A DNA stretch of 32,000 nt from an uncultured archaeon (GCA_964586355.1 CAZPGO010000030.1:60001-92000), one strand, 5' to 3'. Shown: positions 10,029 to 19,206, numbered from the stretch's first letter. Notes: generated by a model not told the origin, from the sequence alone. Numbers and translations: made by a program.

Positions 10029-10457
10029 CTAAACAGTTTTTTTAATAAGTAGCAATATAATAACAGCCATAAAAAACCAAGAGAAAATATGTGTTATTTC
10101 TGTAAGTAAAACACTGTTGCTTATTTTTTCTATAACTAAGATCAATATTAGTCTAATTATATTTATTAAAAATAAAGAAACTATGGATAAAAAAATAATG
10201 CTGTTTTTGGTTTTTATTTTAATTATTTTAAGTCCAATTATTACAGAAAAATAAACCGAAAGAGAGATTAAACCACTACAAAAAGGAACAAACACAAAAT
10301 TCTGATAATTTAAATAGTTTCCAAACAATAGATGAATCAGATCTTTTTGTAATATAACTAGTTTTTGGCCTATTGGATTAAGTAAAATAATTAATAGAAT
10401 ATAAGAAATTATAAAACTAACAATAAATCTGATTTTTAAGTATTTATTAAGATTCAT
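10029..10457 (-). CDS. Small exosortase/archaeosortase-family membrane protein (putative)
   Basis: 142 aa with about 4 TM helices. It has the ordered Cys/Arg/His signature of the family: FVPFCSGLISL, LINIIRLIL, EITHIFSWF. Its start overlaps the stop of the upstream DUF92 gene by 4 nt. Confidence 0.5.
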   Translation of the reverse strand: MNLNKYLKIRFIVSFIISYILLIILLNPIGQKLVILQKDLIHLLFGNYLNYQNFVFVPFCSGLISLSVYFSVIIGLKIIKIKTKNSIIFLSIVSLFLINIIRLILILVIEKISNSVLLTEITHIFSWFFMAVIILLLIKKTV

Positions 10458-11107
10458 ATTACTGCCAAAATTATAATAGCTATTATTCCAGAAATAGCTG
10501 TTGCTAAAAAATTGGTTTGTGCATTATCTATATATCCTTTATTTTCCCAAAGAGCTCCTATATAGCTATCAATAATGGTTCCTAGGATTCCTATTGTTGA
10601 AATAATTATTGCTATTTTTATATTTATATCAAACAAATAATAAAAGTAAAAAAATGTTATTATACTTACTAAAAAAGCACCTAAAAAACCTAAAACAGTT
10701 ATACCACCATTAACTCCTGTGTTTACTTTTTTAAAGTTTGTAATCAATCTTGGTTTTTTCTTTGATAATCTACCAATCTCTGAAGAAGCTGTATCACAAA
10801 AAGCTGCAGAGATGCTTGCAAGCCCTGCATAGATTTGCCCAAATGCTATTAATGCAGATCCAGCAAGGCAATTGCCTAGCAGATTAACATAAGATCTTTT
10901 CCCATGTTTTTTATTAAGTATTGAAGTTATGCCTTCTGCAACTGTAAAGAAAAAGATAAGATATAGAAAAGAGGATAACCCACCAAATCCTAAAAAAACA
11001 GCTGATATGCCAAAAATCAAACTAATGGTAAATAGATCATATTTTCTAGTTACCCAAAGAATAATTCCTAATAAATAAAAAATTGAAAGATAAAATAGAA
11101 ATGACAT
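10454..11107 (-). CDS. DUF92/TMEM19-family integral membrane protein
   Basis: 217 aa, polytopic. It carries the characteristic motifs CDTASSEIG (DTxASExG) and IIDSYIGALWE (DSxxGA). Confidence 0.65.
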   Translation of the reverse strand: MSFLFYLSIFYLLGIILWVTRKYDLFTISLIFGISAVFLGFGGLSSFLYLIFFFTVAEGITSILNKKHGKRSYVNLLGNCLAGSALIAFGQIYAGLASISAAFCDTASSEIGRLSKKKPRLITNFKKVNTGVNGGITVLGFLGAFLVSIITFFYFYYLFDINIKIAIIISTIGILGTIIDSYIGALWENKGYIDNAQTNFLATAISGIIAIIILAVI

Positions 11108-11121
11108 ATTTGCCTATTTTT

Positions 11122-11694
11122 TTATTCCATTAATTTTGTTTTTGAAATTAAAACTTTGTTAACAAAACCTAATTTTTTCAAATTTGCTTTTGTTTTTTCA
11201 GCAATAACTGGAAAGATCAAATCATGCCAACTTTCATAAACTGTTTTTGTGCTGATTTCTTCTTGTATGGTGTTTATTATTATTTTTCTTGCTTCTGTTC
11301 TTAATGGTGTTGAATATTTTCTGCCACTAATAAAGAGTGCTTTAATTTTTAGTTTATGTCCGTCTTTTGTTGTTGCATAGAACACTGGCTCTATTTTTGA
11401 TCTTTGTTTTCTAATTAATCTTCTAAGATATCCTGCCTTTGCTTCAAAACAATAAAGAGCTGTATCTGCTTTTGTTGCTGTTACTTTTGTTATCCTAAAA
11501 GTTAATTCATAATATGAATCTCTTATATTTCCAGTTAGTTCATTTAAGGTTTTTTTAATTTTTCTATCTACTAGGTTTTTACTAGCAATAGCTACAGTTT
11601 CACCAATTAATTTTTCATCAAATGTTTTATCTGCAAAAATTTCAAACCATTTCTTTTTTTTCCAAGTATCTGTACTTCCTTTTTTATTTGCCAT
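11122..11694 (-). CDS. rps3ae: 30S ribosomal protein S3Ae (eS1)
   Basis: 190 aa. The N-terminal KKKWFEIFA...F and the overall pattern are typical of archaeal S3Ae. Confidence 0.85.
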   Translation of the reverse strand: MANKKGSTDTWKKKKWFEIFADKTFDEKLIGETVAIASKNLVDRKIKKTLNELTGNIRDSYYELTFRITKVTATKADTALYCFEAKAGYLRRLIRKQRSKIEPVFYATTKDGHKLKIKALFISGRKYSTPLRTEARKIIINTIQEEISTKTVYESWHDLIFPVIAEKTKANLKKLGFVNKVLISKTKLME

Positions 11695-11706
11695 TTTTTA
11701 ACACCT

Positions 11707-12126
11707 TTACTTTACTAATAATTTTGCCTCTGAATCAGAGTATCTCCAATTAGGGTCTATTTTTCCTTTTCTTATATAATATTTTCTAAGTCTATTTATT
11801 TTAGATACTGTTTTTTGTTTTCCTCTTTTAGCACTAGTATCTTTTTTATTATTTTCATTATGCTTTATTAGTTTTACTGCTTTTTTAATTAAAAAAACTA
11901 ATTCATCAGGTAATTTTCCTTCTTTAAGGTTTTGTTCTTTTTGTATTTTTGAGATCTTTTTACCTGTTTTTTGTAAAACATTTTTAATTGCATATTCTTG
12001 TTTTAGATAAAGTCCAATTTCAGTTGTACTTTTACCTTTTTTTGTTAGTTCGTTTATTATTTGGTATATTTCTTCTGTTGACATATCTTTTACTTCTTTA
12101 TTTACTTTTGCCATTTTTATTATCAC
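11707..12126 (-). CDS. rps15: 30S ribosomal protein S15 (uS15, S13e type)
   Basis: The C-terminal region PDELVFLIKKAVKLIKH...KRGKQKTVSKINRLRKYYIRKGKIDPNWRYS matches archaeal S15. The likely true start is MAKV at 12114. The basic N-terminal MARMH..GKS segment usual in archaeal S15 appears to be absent. Confidence 0.85.
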   Translation of the reverse strand: MIIKMAKVNKEVKDMSTEEIYQIINELTKKGKSTTEIGLYLKQEYAIKNVLQKTGKKISKIQKEQNLKEGKLPDELVFLIKKAVKLIKHNENNKKDTSAKRGKQKTVSKINRLRKYYIRKGKIDPNWRYSDSEAKLLVK

Positions 12127-12259
12127 ATTTCTCTTTTTTTATTTGCGAAAGGCGTTTAAGTTGATAAAACCAAATTCTGGGGAATTTTTCTGGTTTTATA
12201 AAATAAGCACTATACTATATATTATTTTGGGGCGATTTATTTATAAATTGTGTTTATTT

Positions 12260-12835
12260 TTACAAATATCTTGCTCTTTTTTCAATAGCCTCAATTTTAC
12301 TAATTATTTCTGGATTTTTTGCTTCTTTTTTATAACCTTCAATAATCTCTTCCCAATATTTTTTTGTTTTTTTGTTTGAAAGAAGAGTTTTTTTAAAAAC
12401 AAGTAAGTCAGTTGCCTTGTCTTCTATTTTTTTAGAAATAAAACCTAATCCAAAGTCAATAAAATAGATCTTATTTTCTTTAATTATAATATTAATCAGA
12501 TTAAGATCTCCATGTATAACATCAATAGCATGAAGCCTTGCAATTTCTTTTCCTATTTTTTTTAGATTTTTTTTATAGTTTTTTGTGTTTTTTAAATATT
12601 CTTGAATTATCTTATCTTTAGATACATAATACAGAGTTGGTGTGTTTATTTTTTCTTTTTTAACTTTATGTAATAAATTTGCTTCCTGTTTATTTCTGGT
12701 CTTTATTATTTTTTTATCTAGAACTGGGTTTCTATATTTTTTAGAAATTCTTTTTTTAATAATTATTTTTTTATCAAAAGCTTTGCCCAGATAGATTTCT
12801 GCTTCTGCACCGCTATTTATTTTTTTAAGACTCAT
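12260..12835 (-). CDS. bud32: KEOPS-complex kinase Bud32 (stand-alone)
   Basis: 191 aa atypical small kinase. It has the catalytic loop HGDLNLINIII and the DFG-equivalent YFIDFGLG. It is not fused to Kae1. Confidence 0.8.
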   Translation of the reverse strand: MSLKKINSGAEAEIYLGKAFDKKIIIKKRISKKYRNPVLDKKIIKTRNKQEANLLHKVKKEKINTPTLYYVSKDKIIQEYLKNTKNYKKNLKKIGKEIARLHAIDVIHGDLNLINIIIKENKIYFIDFGLGFISKKIEDKATDLLVFKKTLLSNKKTKKYWEEIIEGYKKEAKNPEIISKIEAIEKRARYL

Positions 12836-12861
12836 TTCCTATCAATTTTAAAAAAAACAGT

Positions 12862-13359
12862 TTAACATTTAGAAAGGGCGTGTAATCTTTCTAAAGTTGA
12901 TTCTAATGATCTATTATCTAAACCAGTAATATATCTTTCCCAATATATCTTTTCTAATTTTTTTTTATTATAAAAAATAAACAGATCTTGATATGCTTCT
13001 CTTAATCCTATATAATATTCAAATTTTTCTAAAGTTTTTTCTGTAATACAAGGTGTTTCTAAGGAATAGATTTGAGTATACATTCTATCTAGTTTCTCAG
13101 CATCATCATAAAGTAAAACATATTTTTTTATTAGATCTGCTTCTTTTGAGTTTATTTTATTTAGTTCTATTACATAACCGGTTCTATCATATGGTATTAA
13201 ATTGTTAGTCGTTATCTCAAATTCAATATTTGTTTTTTCAATTTGATTTAGAGTTATTTGTTCTGACAATTTAAAAAAACCAAATATCAATAAAGCAACA
13301 AAAATTAAAAAAACAACAACACCAAAAAAAGACAAAGGTCTTTTTCTATAACTCAACAT
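12862..13359 (-). CDS. Hypothetical membrane-anchored protein
   Basis: 165 aa. An N-terminal TM helix (FFGVVVFLIFVALLIFGFF) is followed by a helical soluble part. Its start overlaps the valS stop region by 14 nt. I recognise no family. Confidence 0.5.
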   Translation of the reverse strand: MLSYRKRPLSFFGVVVFLIFVALLIFGFFKLSEQITLNQIEKTNIEFEITTNNLIPYDRTGYVIELNKINSKEADLIKKYVLLYDDAEKLDRMYTQIYSLETPCITEKTLEKFEYYIGLREAYQDLFIFYNKKKLEKIYWERYITGLDNRSLESTLERLHALSKC

Positions 13360-15724
13360 CTATTGTTCCCTCTGATTCTTCCTTATATTCTATTTTTAAT
13401 ATATTGTGTGTCTTTATTAGGTCTTTTTCTATATATTTATATTTGTTTGTTATCTTTATAACACTTACTTTTTCTTTTAAAGAGTATCCTTTTTCTTTTT
13501 TTTCTTTCCAAATAGCATTATTTATTTTTTCAATATCTTCTAAGGTTAGTTTACTAAAATATTTTTTAGTATCTGGAAATATTTCATCATCTAGATCTGT
13601 ATCAAACATTTCTTTTGAGATTCTGTTTGTTGTAAATGGTATTACAGGATAAAGCAAGTATAATATTTTGTTTAAGCAATAATAAAGTGTATCAATTGCA
13701 CCCATTTGCTCTTCTTTAGTAAAATACTCCTCTTGATTATATGCTCTGCTTTTAATTAGTTCTAGATAGTGTGAGGAAAAAGTGTTTGTTAGGAAAAATT
13801 TAATCTTTAATAAAGGGTTATGAAAATCATATTTTTTATAGGCTTGATCGCTTTCAATTATTAGATCGTTTATTTCTTTTCTAACAAATAGATCTAGTTC
13901 ATTATATTTTGCAGTAATGTCTTTATCTAACTTAAATTGCCCAATAAATCTTGCAACATTCCAAAGTTTGTTAAGTGTTTTTTGTTCTGATTTTATTCTT
14001 TCTTTTGAGCACTTAAAATCTTTTTGATTAAGATTTCCTTCATAAGCTGTCCATAATCTAAAGGATTCTGCTCCAAATTCTTTAATAATTTCTTGAGGAT
14101 CTATGCTATTTCCTGCAGATTTTGACATTTTGTTTCCATTTTCATCAAGTATGTGTTGATGAATATAAACATCATCAAATATTTTTTTACCTGTTAATAA
14201 ATATGCTTTTAAAACAGTATAATATAGCCAAGTTCTAACAATCTCTTTTCCTTGAGGTCTTAGAGAACACACCGGATTTTTTTCAAAAAATTCTGTGCCA
14301 TATTTGTGTATGTAAAGAGGTGTGTTTGAGGAATCAAACCAAGTATCTAAAACCCTTGTTTCTCCGATAAATTCTTTTCCTCCACATTTTGGGCAACTAT
14401 CAATCGGTGGATTTTCGCACCATGGTTTTTGATATACTCCTTCTTTTCCAAGAATTATCTCATTACAGTTTTTACAATACCATAATGGTATTTCTGTAGC
14501 ATAATACCTTCTTCTAGAGATTGGCCAATCAATGGAGACAACTTCTAACCAATCTAAAAATATTTTTTTTGTTGGAGCATATGAAAAATTAATTTGGTCT
14601 GCTAGTTCTTTTATTTTTTCAACATGCTCTAATTGCTTTAAATAAAATTCTTTTAAAGAAACAAATTCTATTTCGTCTTTAGATCTTTCACAAATAGGAA
14701 CTTTATGTTGTATGGTTTTTTGTTCAGTAATTAGATTTTTTTCTTTTAAAATCTCAACCATCTTTTGTCTAGCTTCCTTAACTGTTAAGCCTTCTAAAAT
14801 ACCTGCATTTTTATTCATTTTTCCGGAAATATCTATGGACATTATTGGTTTAATATTTTGTTCCATAAAAAACCTTATATCTGAATAATCCCCTGCTGAG
14901 CACATCATAACTAATCCGGTTCCTTTTTCTAGCTTTGCTATAGGGTGTGCTTTTATTAAAACTTCTTTATTAAATATTGGAGAAATTGCGGTTTTTCCTT
15001 CAAGATGTTTATATCTTTCATCGTCTGGGTTATATACTACCATTCCAAGACTACAGATAAGTTCTGGTCTAGTGGTTGCAATAGGTATCTGTTCTCCTGT
15101 TTCTTTTACTGTAAACAAAACAGTATTAAATAAAGAGTCTGCTATTTTATAATCTATTTCTGAATCTGCTAATGTTGTTTTACATCCTGGACAATAGTTA
15201 GTTACTTTTTCATCTAGATATATAAGGCCTTTTTTATAAAGATCTAAAAATGTTTTTTGAGTAAGAGCACGATATTTTTCTGAATCTGTTTTATATAATC
15301 CTCCAACACAAGCACATTCTTCCCATTCATTAAAAGAAATACCTAGCATTTTAAATGTTTTTCTTGTCTGATCTGACATTTCTGAGAGTAGTTTTTCACA
15401 ATATTCTACATATGTTTTTCTATCTGTATTTAATATAGAAATTTTATATTTCTTTTCTGCTTCCATCTCTATTGGTAAGCCATTTCTATCAAGACCTAAT
15501 GGAAATAAAACACTATACCCTTTCATTCTTTTATATCTTGCAATCATATCCATAATGGTATATGTTGCTGATTGTCCAATATGTATTGGTCTGTTTACAT
15601 ATGGTGGGGGTGTATCTATACTAAAGACTGGTTTATTGCTATCTTTAAACTTAAATTTTTCTTTTTCTATATATTCTTCTATTAGTTCTTTTTCTAGTTC
15701 TTTAGTCCATTTATAGTCTATCAT
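13346..15724 (-). CDS. valS: Valine--tRNA ligase (class I aaRS)
   Basis: 792 aa. It has the HIGH-type motif TPPPYVNRPIHIGQ, the KMSKS motif (GNKMSKSAGN), zinc knuckles CPGC and CPKCGG, and DWPISRRRYY. The size fits ValRS better than IleRS or LeuRS. Confidence 0.75.
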   Translation of the reverse strand: MIDYKWTKELEKELIEEYIEKEKFKFKDSNKPVFSIDTPPPYVNRPIHIGQSATYTIMDMIARYKRMKGYSVLFPLGLDRNGLPIEMEAEKKYKISILNTDRKTYVEYCEKLLSEMSDQTRKTFKMLGISFNEWEECACVGGLYKTDSEKYRALTQKTFLDLYKKGLIYLDEKVTNYCPGCKTTLADSEIDYKIADSLFNTVLFTVKETGEQIPIATTRPELICSLGMVVYNPDDERYKHLEGKTAISPIFNKEVLIKAHPIAKLEKGTGLVMMCSAGDYSDIRFFMEQNIKPIMSIDISGKMNKNAGILEGLTVKEARQKMVEILKEKNLITEQKTIQHKVPICERSKDEIEFVSLKEFYLKQLEHVEKIKELADQINFSYAPTKKIFLDWLEVVSIDWPISRRRYYATEIPLWYCKNCNEIILGKEGVYQKPWCENPPIDSCPKCGGKEFIGETRVLDTWFDSSNTPLYIHKYGTEFFEKNPVCSLRPQGKEIVRTWLYYTVLKAYLLTGKKIFDDVYIHQHILDENGNKMSKSAGNSIDPQEIIKEFGAESFRLWTAYEGNLNQKDFKCSKERIKSEQKTLNKLWNVARFIGQFKLDKDITAKYNELDLFVRKEINDLIIESDQAYKKYDFHNPLLKIKFFLTNTFSSHYLELIKSRAYNQEEYFTKEEQMGAIDTLYYCLNKILYLLYPVIPFTTNRISKEMFDTDLDDEIFPDTKKYFSKLTLEDIEKINNAIWKEKKEKGYSLKEKVSVIKITNKYKYIEKDLIKTHNILKIEYKEESEGTIDVEL

Positions 15725-15812
15725 TTTTACTCACATTAAATATAATATATAATATTTTATTAGAAAATAATTAAAAACACTCTTTTATTTTAAAAAATAA
15801 AGAAAAAGAAGA

Positions 15813-16442
15813 CTATTTCTGTTTTTTAAGAAATTTCAAGATATATTTGTTAGCTAAAAGCTCTGTATTTATATTTTTTATTTTTTCATTTAAGGAATCA
15901 TACATACTTTTTGCATTATCAGTTTTTAGTTTTTGTTTTTTTTTGCTATGTTCTCCAATATTTGCATCTTTGTATATTAATGATTTATTTACAGTGTCTA
16001 CTAGTTTTTTTCTATAATCATAATCTGTTAAAAAAGTATAAAATAATCTTTCATATCTTGGATCTAATAATGTATTATCACTTAACCTTGCATTTTTCAC
16101 ATCTAAATTATACTCTTTGTTAGTCATTTGTTTTAGCTTATGTTGCCAAAATTTTTTTTTAATAAATTTTGTATATTTTATTTTTTGATCATAATTTTTT
16201 GCAATAAATAGTTCTTTTTTCCAAAAGTTTTTTAGTTTGCTTATTTTCTCTTTATTCTCTTCTAGTTCTTTTATTTTTTCTGTGATGTCCTTACTTGTTG
16301 GATATCTTATTTTGTTATCCTCTATTACCAAAAATCTTTTTTTAAAAAAAAGATCTAAATGTTTTTTATCTTCTGTATTTTTATTAATATCAAACTCTTT
16401 AATAAAATCTTCAGAGTTATTAATGGTTTTTGTGTTTTTCAT
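15813..16442 (-). CDS. Hypothetical Lys-rich basic protein
   Basis: 209-aa intact ORF with no TM segment and very high Lys content. I recognise no family. Confidence 0.5.
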   Translation of the reverse strand: MKNTKTINNSEDFIKEFDINKNTEDKKHLDLFFKKRFLVIEDNKIRYPTSKDITEKIKELEENKEKISKLKNFWKKELFIAKNYDQKIKYTKFIKKKFWQHKLKQMTNKEYNLDVKNARLSDNTLLDPRYERLFYTFLTDYDYRKKLVDTVNKSLIYKDANIGEHSKKKQKLKTDNAKSMYDSLNEKIKNINTELLANKYILKFLKKQK

Positions 16443-16575
16443 TTTAATGATCTGTTTTTCTAGTATATATTTATTTTTTTAATATATAAACAAATATTAA
16501 AAAGGTTTAAAAACAGAACAATCTCTTTTTAATTGTTTTTTAGGTTAATTAATATATATTAATTTTAGAGAGGTT

Positions 16576-16926
16576 ATGATTATGATGCCAAATTTAGGAG
16601 GACTAGATCCTAGAAGAATACAATCAATGATGAAACAGATGGGTATAGAAAATAATGAAATTTCTGCTAAAAGAGTAATTATTGAGACTACTGATAACAA
16701 AAAAATCATTGTAGAAAACCCATCAGTAACAGAAATAACAATGCAAGGTCAAAAAAGCTTTCAAATTGCTGGAGAGGTAAAAACAGAAGAAGAGTTACAG
16801 ATCCCAAAAGAAGATATTTCTATGGTTTGTGAAGCCACAAAAGTTTCAGAGAAAGAAGCAAAAGAGCTTTTAGAAAAAACAGAAGGGGATATAGCAAAAG
16901 CTATATCTTTGGCAACAAAAGAATAA
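16576..16926 (+). CDS. nac: Nascent polypeptide-associated complex protein (NAC)
   Basis: 116 aa. The N-terminus is GGLDPRRIQSMMKQMGI. A NAC beta-barrel region is followed by a C-terminal UBA-like helix bundle (EKEAKELLEKTEGDIAKAI). GAGAGG lies upstream of the ATG. Confidence 0.85.
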   Translation: MIMMPNLGGLDPRRIQSMMKQMGIENNEISAKRVIIETTDNKKIIVENPSVTEITMQGQKSFQIAGEVKTEEELQIPKEDISMVCEATKVSEKEAKELLEKTEGDIAKAISLATKE

Positions 16927-16939
16927 ATTTTATTCTTTT
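16917..16939. terminator. Perfect 23-nt palindrome spanning two convergent stop codons (possible bidirectional terminator hairpin)
   Basis: AAAAGAATAAA-T-TTTATTCTTTT. It contains the TAA of nac (16924-16926) and the TAA of the minus-strand gene (complement of 16930-16932). Confidence 0.35.
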
Positions 16940-18183
16940 TTTGTTAGATTTAAATAGAATATTTGATCTCTTGAAACATACCCTTGTAAAGTAAATATTT
17001 CTTTTGTTTTATTTAGATCTTCTGGATAATTTAACCAAGAGCTTGTTATATTTTGATCATATTGATATTTTTTTTCTTCCACTATTATTTCAGAAACATC
17101 AATTTTTGCTGATTTTTTTATATTTAGATCTGTAATATTTAGATAATTTATTTTATTTATTAGATCCTCTTCTATTTTTTCAGCATCAAAAGAAATATTA
17201 ATCTGTGTTTTTGGTTTTTGGATTATAGTTAAGTTTTGATCTTGTTCTTGTAACTCTTTTATTAATAAGTTATAAGACTCTAGATCTAAGGAGGTAGCAT
17301 CTAGTGTTAATATCAATTCCTGATCACTTTTATTATAATCTAAAACCACTGATCCATTTTTATCTATAATTTCTTCTAAAGAAAAATTATTATCTTTAAT
17401 TATTAGATCTCCTAAATAATTTCTCTCTATATTAGTGTTGTTTTGATCAATAATTTCTTTAAGAGTGGATGTGTTGTTATCTATTTCTGTGATTCCAGAT
17501 ATTAAAAACTTATTTTCCCACCCAATTATTTCAAATTCGCCTTCACTAAAAAGCATTTGTATACTTTCTGATAAGTTTTGTTGTTCTACACCTCTAATAT
17601 AAGCCATACTTTCTCCTTGAAAGATTGCTTGTATCATTACAGATAATTGATCTCCTTTTTTGGTGGTGTTTTTTATAATACCTTCAATCTTTTCACTTAC
17701 AAATGCTTGCTCTATTTCTTTATTTTGATCGTTTGTAAAGGTTATGGTGTAGGGCACTTTTAAAAGAGCAGATTGGTATATTTCTATTTCTTTTAAAACA
17801 TCAATAGCTAAAATGTTTTTTTCAACATCCTCTTTTTTTTCTCCATCAATGTTTGCATTAATCATTACAAAAAAGTTGTTTTCATCTTCTTGTGTAAATT
17901 GTATTGTTGTATTTTTTATTCCTTCTATTTCATCAAATTTTTGTTGAATTATTTCTTGATCATAATCTAATGGTTTTGCAACTATGTTTAGTTGTGGAAA
18001 TAGCTCTAGCACATTTGCATCTGATTCTGCAGAATATAGCTCCTGCTTTTGTTCTTCTGGTATTTGATCTACTCCACCTTCTTCTTTTTCCCTTAATAAT
18101 TCTACTAATCCTGTAGCTAGTATAGACCCTAAGAAAAGTACTACTAAAATAACTGATGCTATTGTTTTTTTATCCCATTTCAC
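16930..18183 (-). CDS. Hypothetical acidic, N-terminally anchored surface protein
   Basis: 417 aa. An N-terminal signal-anchor (IASVILVVLFLGSILATGLV) is followed by a Glu/Asp/Asn-rich sequence with at least a dozen N-x-S/T sequons. Confidence 0.6.
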   Translation of the reverse strand: MKWDKKTIASVILVVLFLGSILATGLVELLREKEEGGVDQIPEEQKQELYSAESDANVLELFPQLNIVAKPLDYDQEIIQQKFDEIEGIKNTTIQFTQEDENNFFVMINANIDGEKKEDVEKNILAIDVLKEIEIYQSALLKVPYTITFTNDQNKEIEQAFVSEKIEGIIKNTTKKGDQLSVMIQAIFQGESMAYIRGVEQQNLSESIQMLFSEGEFEIIGWENKFLISGITEIDNNTSTLKEIIDQNNTNIERNYLGDLIIKDNNFSLEEIIDKNGSVVLDYNKSDQELILTLDATSLDLESYNLLIKELQEQDQNLTIIQKPKTQINISFDAEKIEEDLINKINYLNITDLNIKKSAKIDVSEIIVEEKKYQYDQNITSSWLNYPEDLNKTKEIFTLQGYVSRDQIFYLNLTKKE

Positions 18184-18265
18184 AATTCGTTCACATTTAT
18201 AATATTTTTTTAATATATATTATATATTCAAAACAATTTATAAAATTGTTCTTAAAAGAAAAAAC

Positions 18266-19183
18266 ATGATCTATTATAAAATTGGCAAAATACCAATTAG
18301 AAAAAAAGGAGTTTTAGCTCCTATGTTAGAATATACCACAAAAAGTTTTAGAGACCTTTGTTCTCATTATGGTTGTGGATATTTATTTACTGAAATGGTT
18401 CATATAAATAAAATCATTAATACTGGTGATTTGCCATTAATTTCAGAAAGCCCAACAGCATTACAGATTGTTGGTGATTTTAGAGATAAACAAAGTACTT
18501 TGTTAGCGCTAGAAAAAATAGAAAAATCAAAATTTAAGATAGTAGATTTTAATTTTGGGTGTCCTTCAAGAAAAATAATTTCAACAAATTCTGGTGCTTT
18601 TTTATTAAAATATCAAAAAGAGGTTTTTGAGGTTTTAAAAGAAATTAAGCAAATAAGTAATTTAGCAATAACTGTAAAGACCAGACTAGGTTTTGATAAT
18701 AACCAAATTGAAAAAATAGCAAAACAATTAGAAAAAACAAATATAGATGGTTTTTCTGTTCATGGAAGATTAGCAAAAGAAAATTATAGTGTTCCTTCTG
18801 ATTTTGAAAGTGTAAGAAAGATCTCTGATCTTGTTTCTTTTCCTTTAATCTATAATGGAGATATAACCACAGAAAATTATAAAGATTTTTTAAATATTAA
18901 TGAGTTTACTGATCTAATGATTGGAAGAGGAGCACTTAAAGATCCTTTTGTTTTTAAGCAGATTAATAATTTTTTAGATCACAAATCTACTCCAACACTA
19001 ACAAAAAAGGAAATTATTTTAAAATATCTTTATTATGCAAAAAAAAATAATGAAAACATAAGCTCACAGAAATTAATTTTACTTCAATTGTTAAATGGTT
19101 TAGATAATACCAGATCCTTAAAAAATAGTATTTGTAATTCTAAAACAAAAGAGGATCTACTCTCTCTTTTTTTATCTAAATAA
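18266..19183 (+). CDS. dus: tRNA-dihydrouridine synthase
   Basis: 305 aa. FNFGCP (the DxNxGCP-type motif), VKTRLG and HGR are spaced as expected for a Dus TIM barrel. Confidence 0.8.
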   Translation: MIYYKIGKIPIRKKGVLAPMLEYTTKSFRDLCSHYGCGYLFTEMVHINKIINTGDLPLISESPTALQIVGDFRDKQSTLLALEKIEKSKFKIVDFNFGCPSRKIISTNSGAFLLKYQKEVFEVLKEIKQISNLAITVKTRLGFDNNQIEKIAKQLEKTNIDGFSVHGRLAKENYSVPSDFESVRKISDLVSFPLIYNGDITTENYKDFLNINEFTDLMIGRGALKDPFVFKQINNFLDHKSTPTLTKKEIILKYLYYAKKNNENISSQKLILLQLLNGLDNTRSLKNSICNSKTKEDLLSLFLSK

Positions 19184-19206
19184 TAAAATTATAAGTAACC
19201 TCTGTT

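Noticed and set aside
18232-18250. A perfect 8-bp inverted repeat, AACAATTT-ATA-AAATTGTT, between the TATA-like region and the dus start codon.
   Set aside because: Short all-A/T-rich palindromes of this size are expected by chance several times in 32 kb of roughly 70 percent A+T DNA. There is no second copy or other support.
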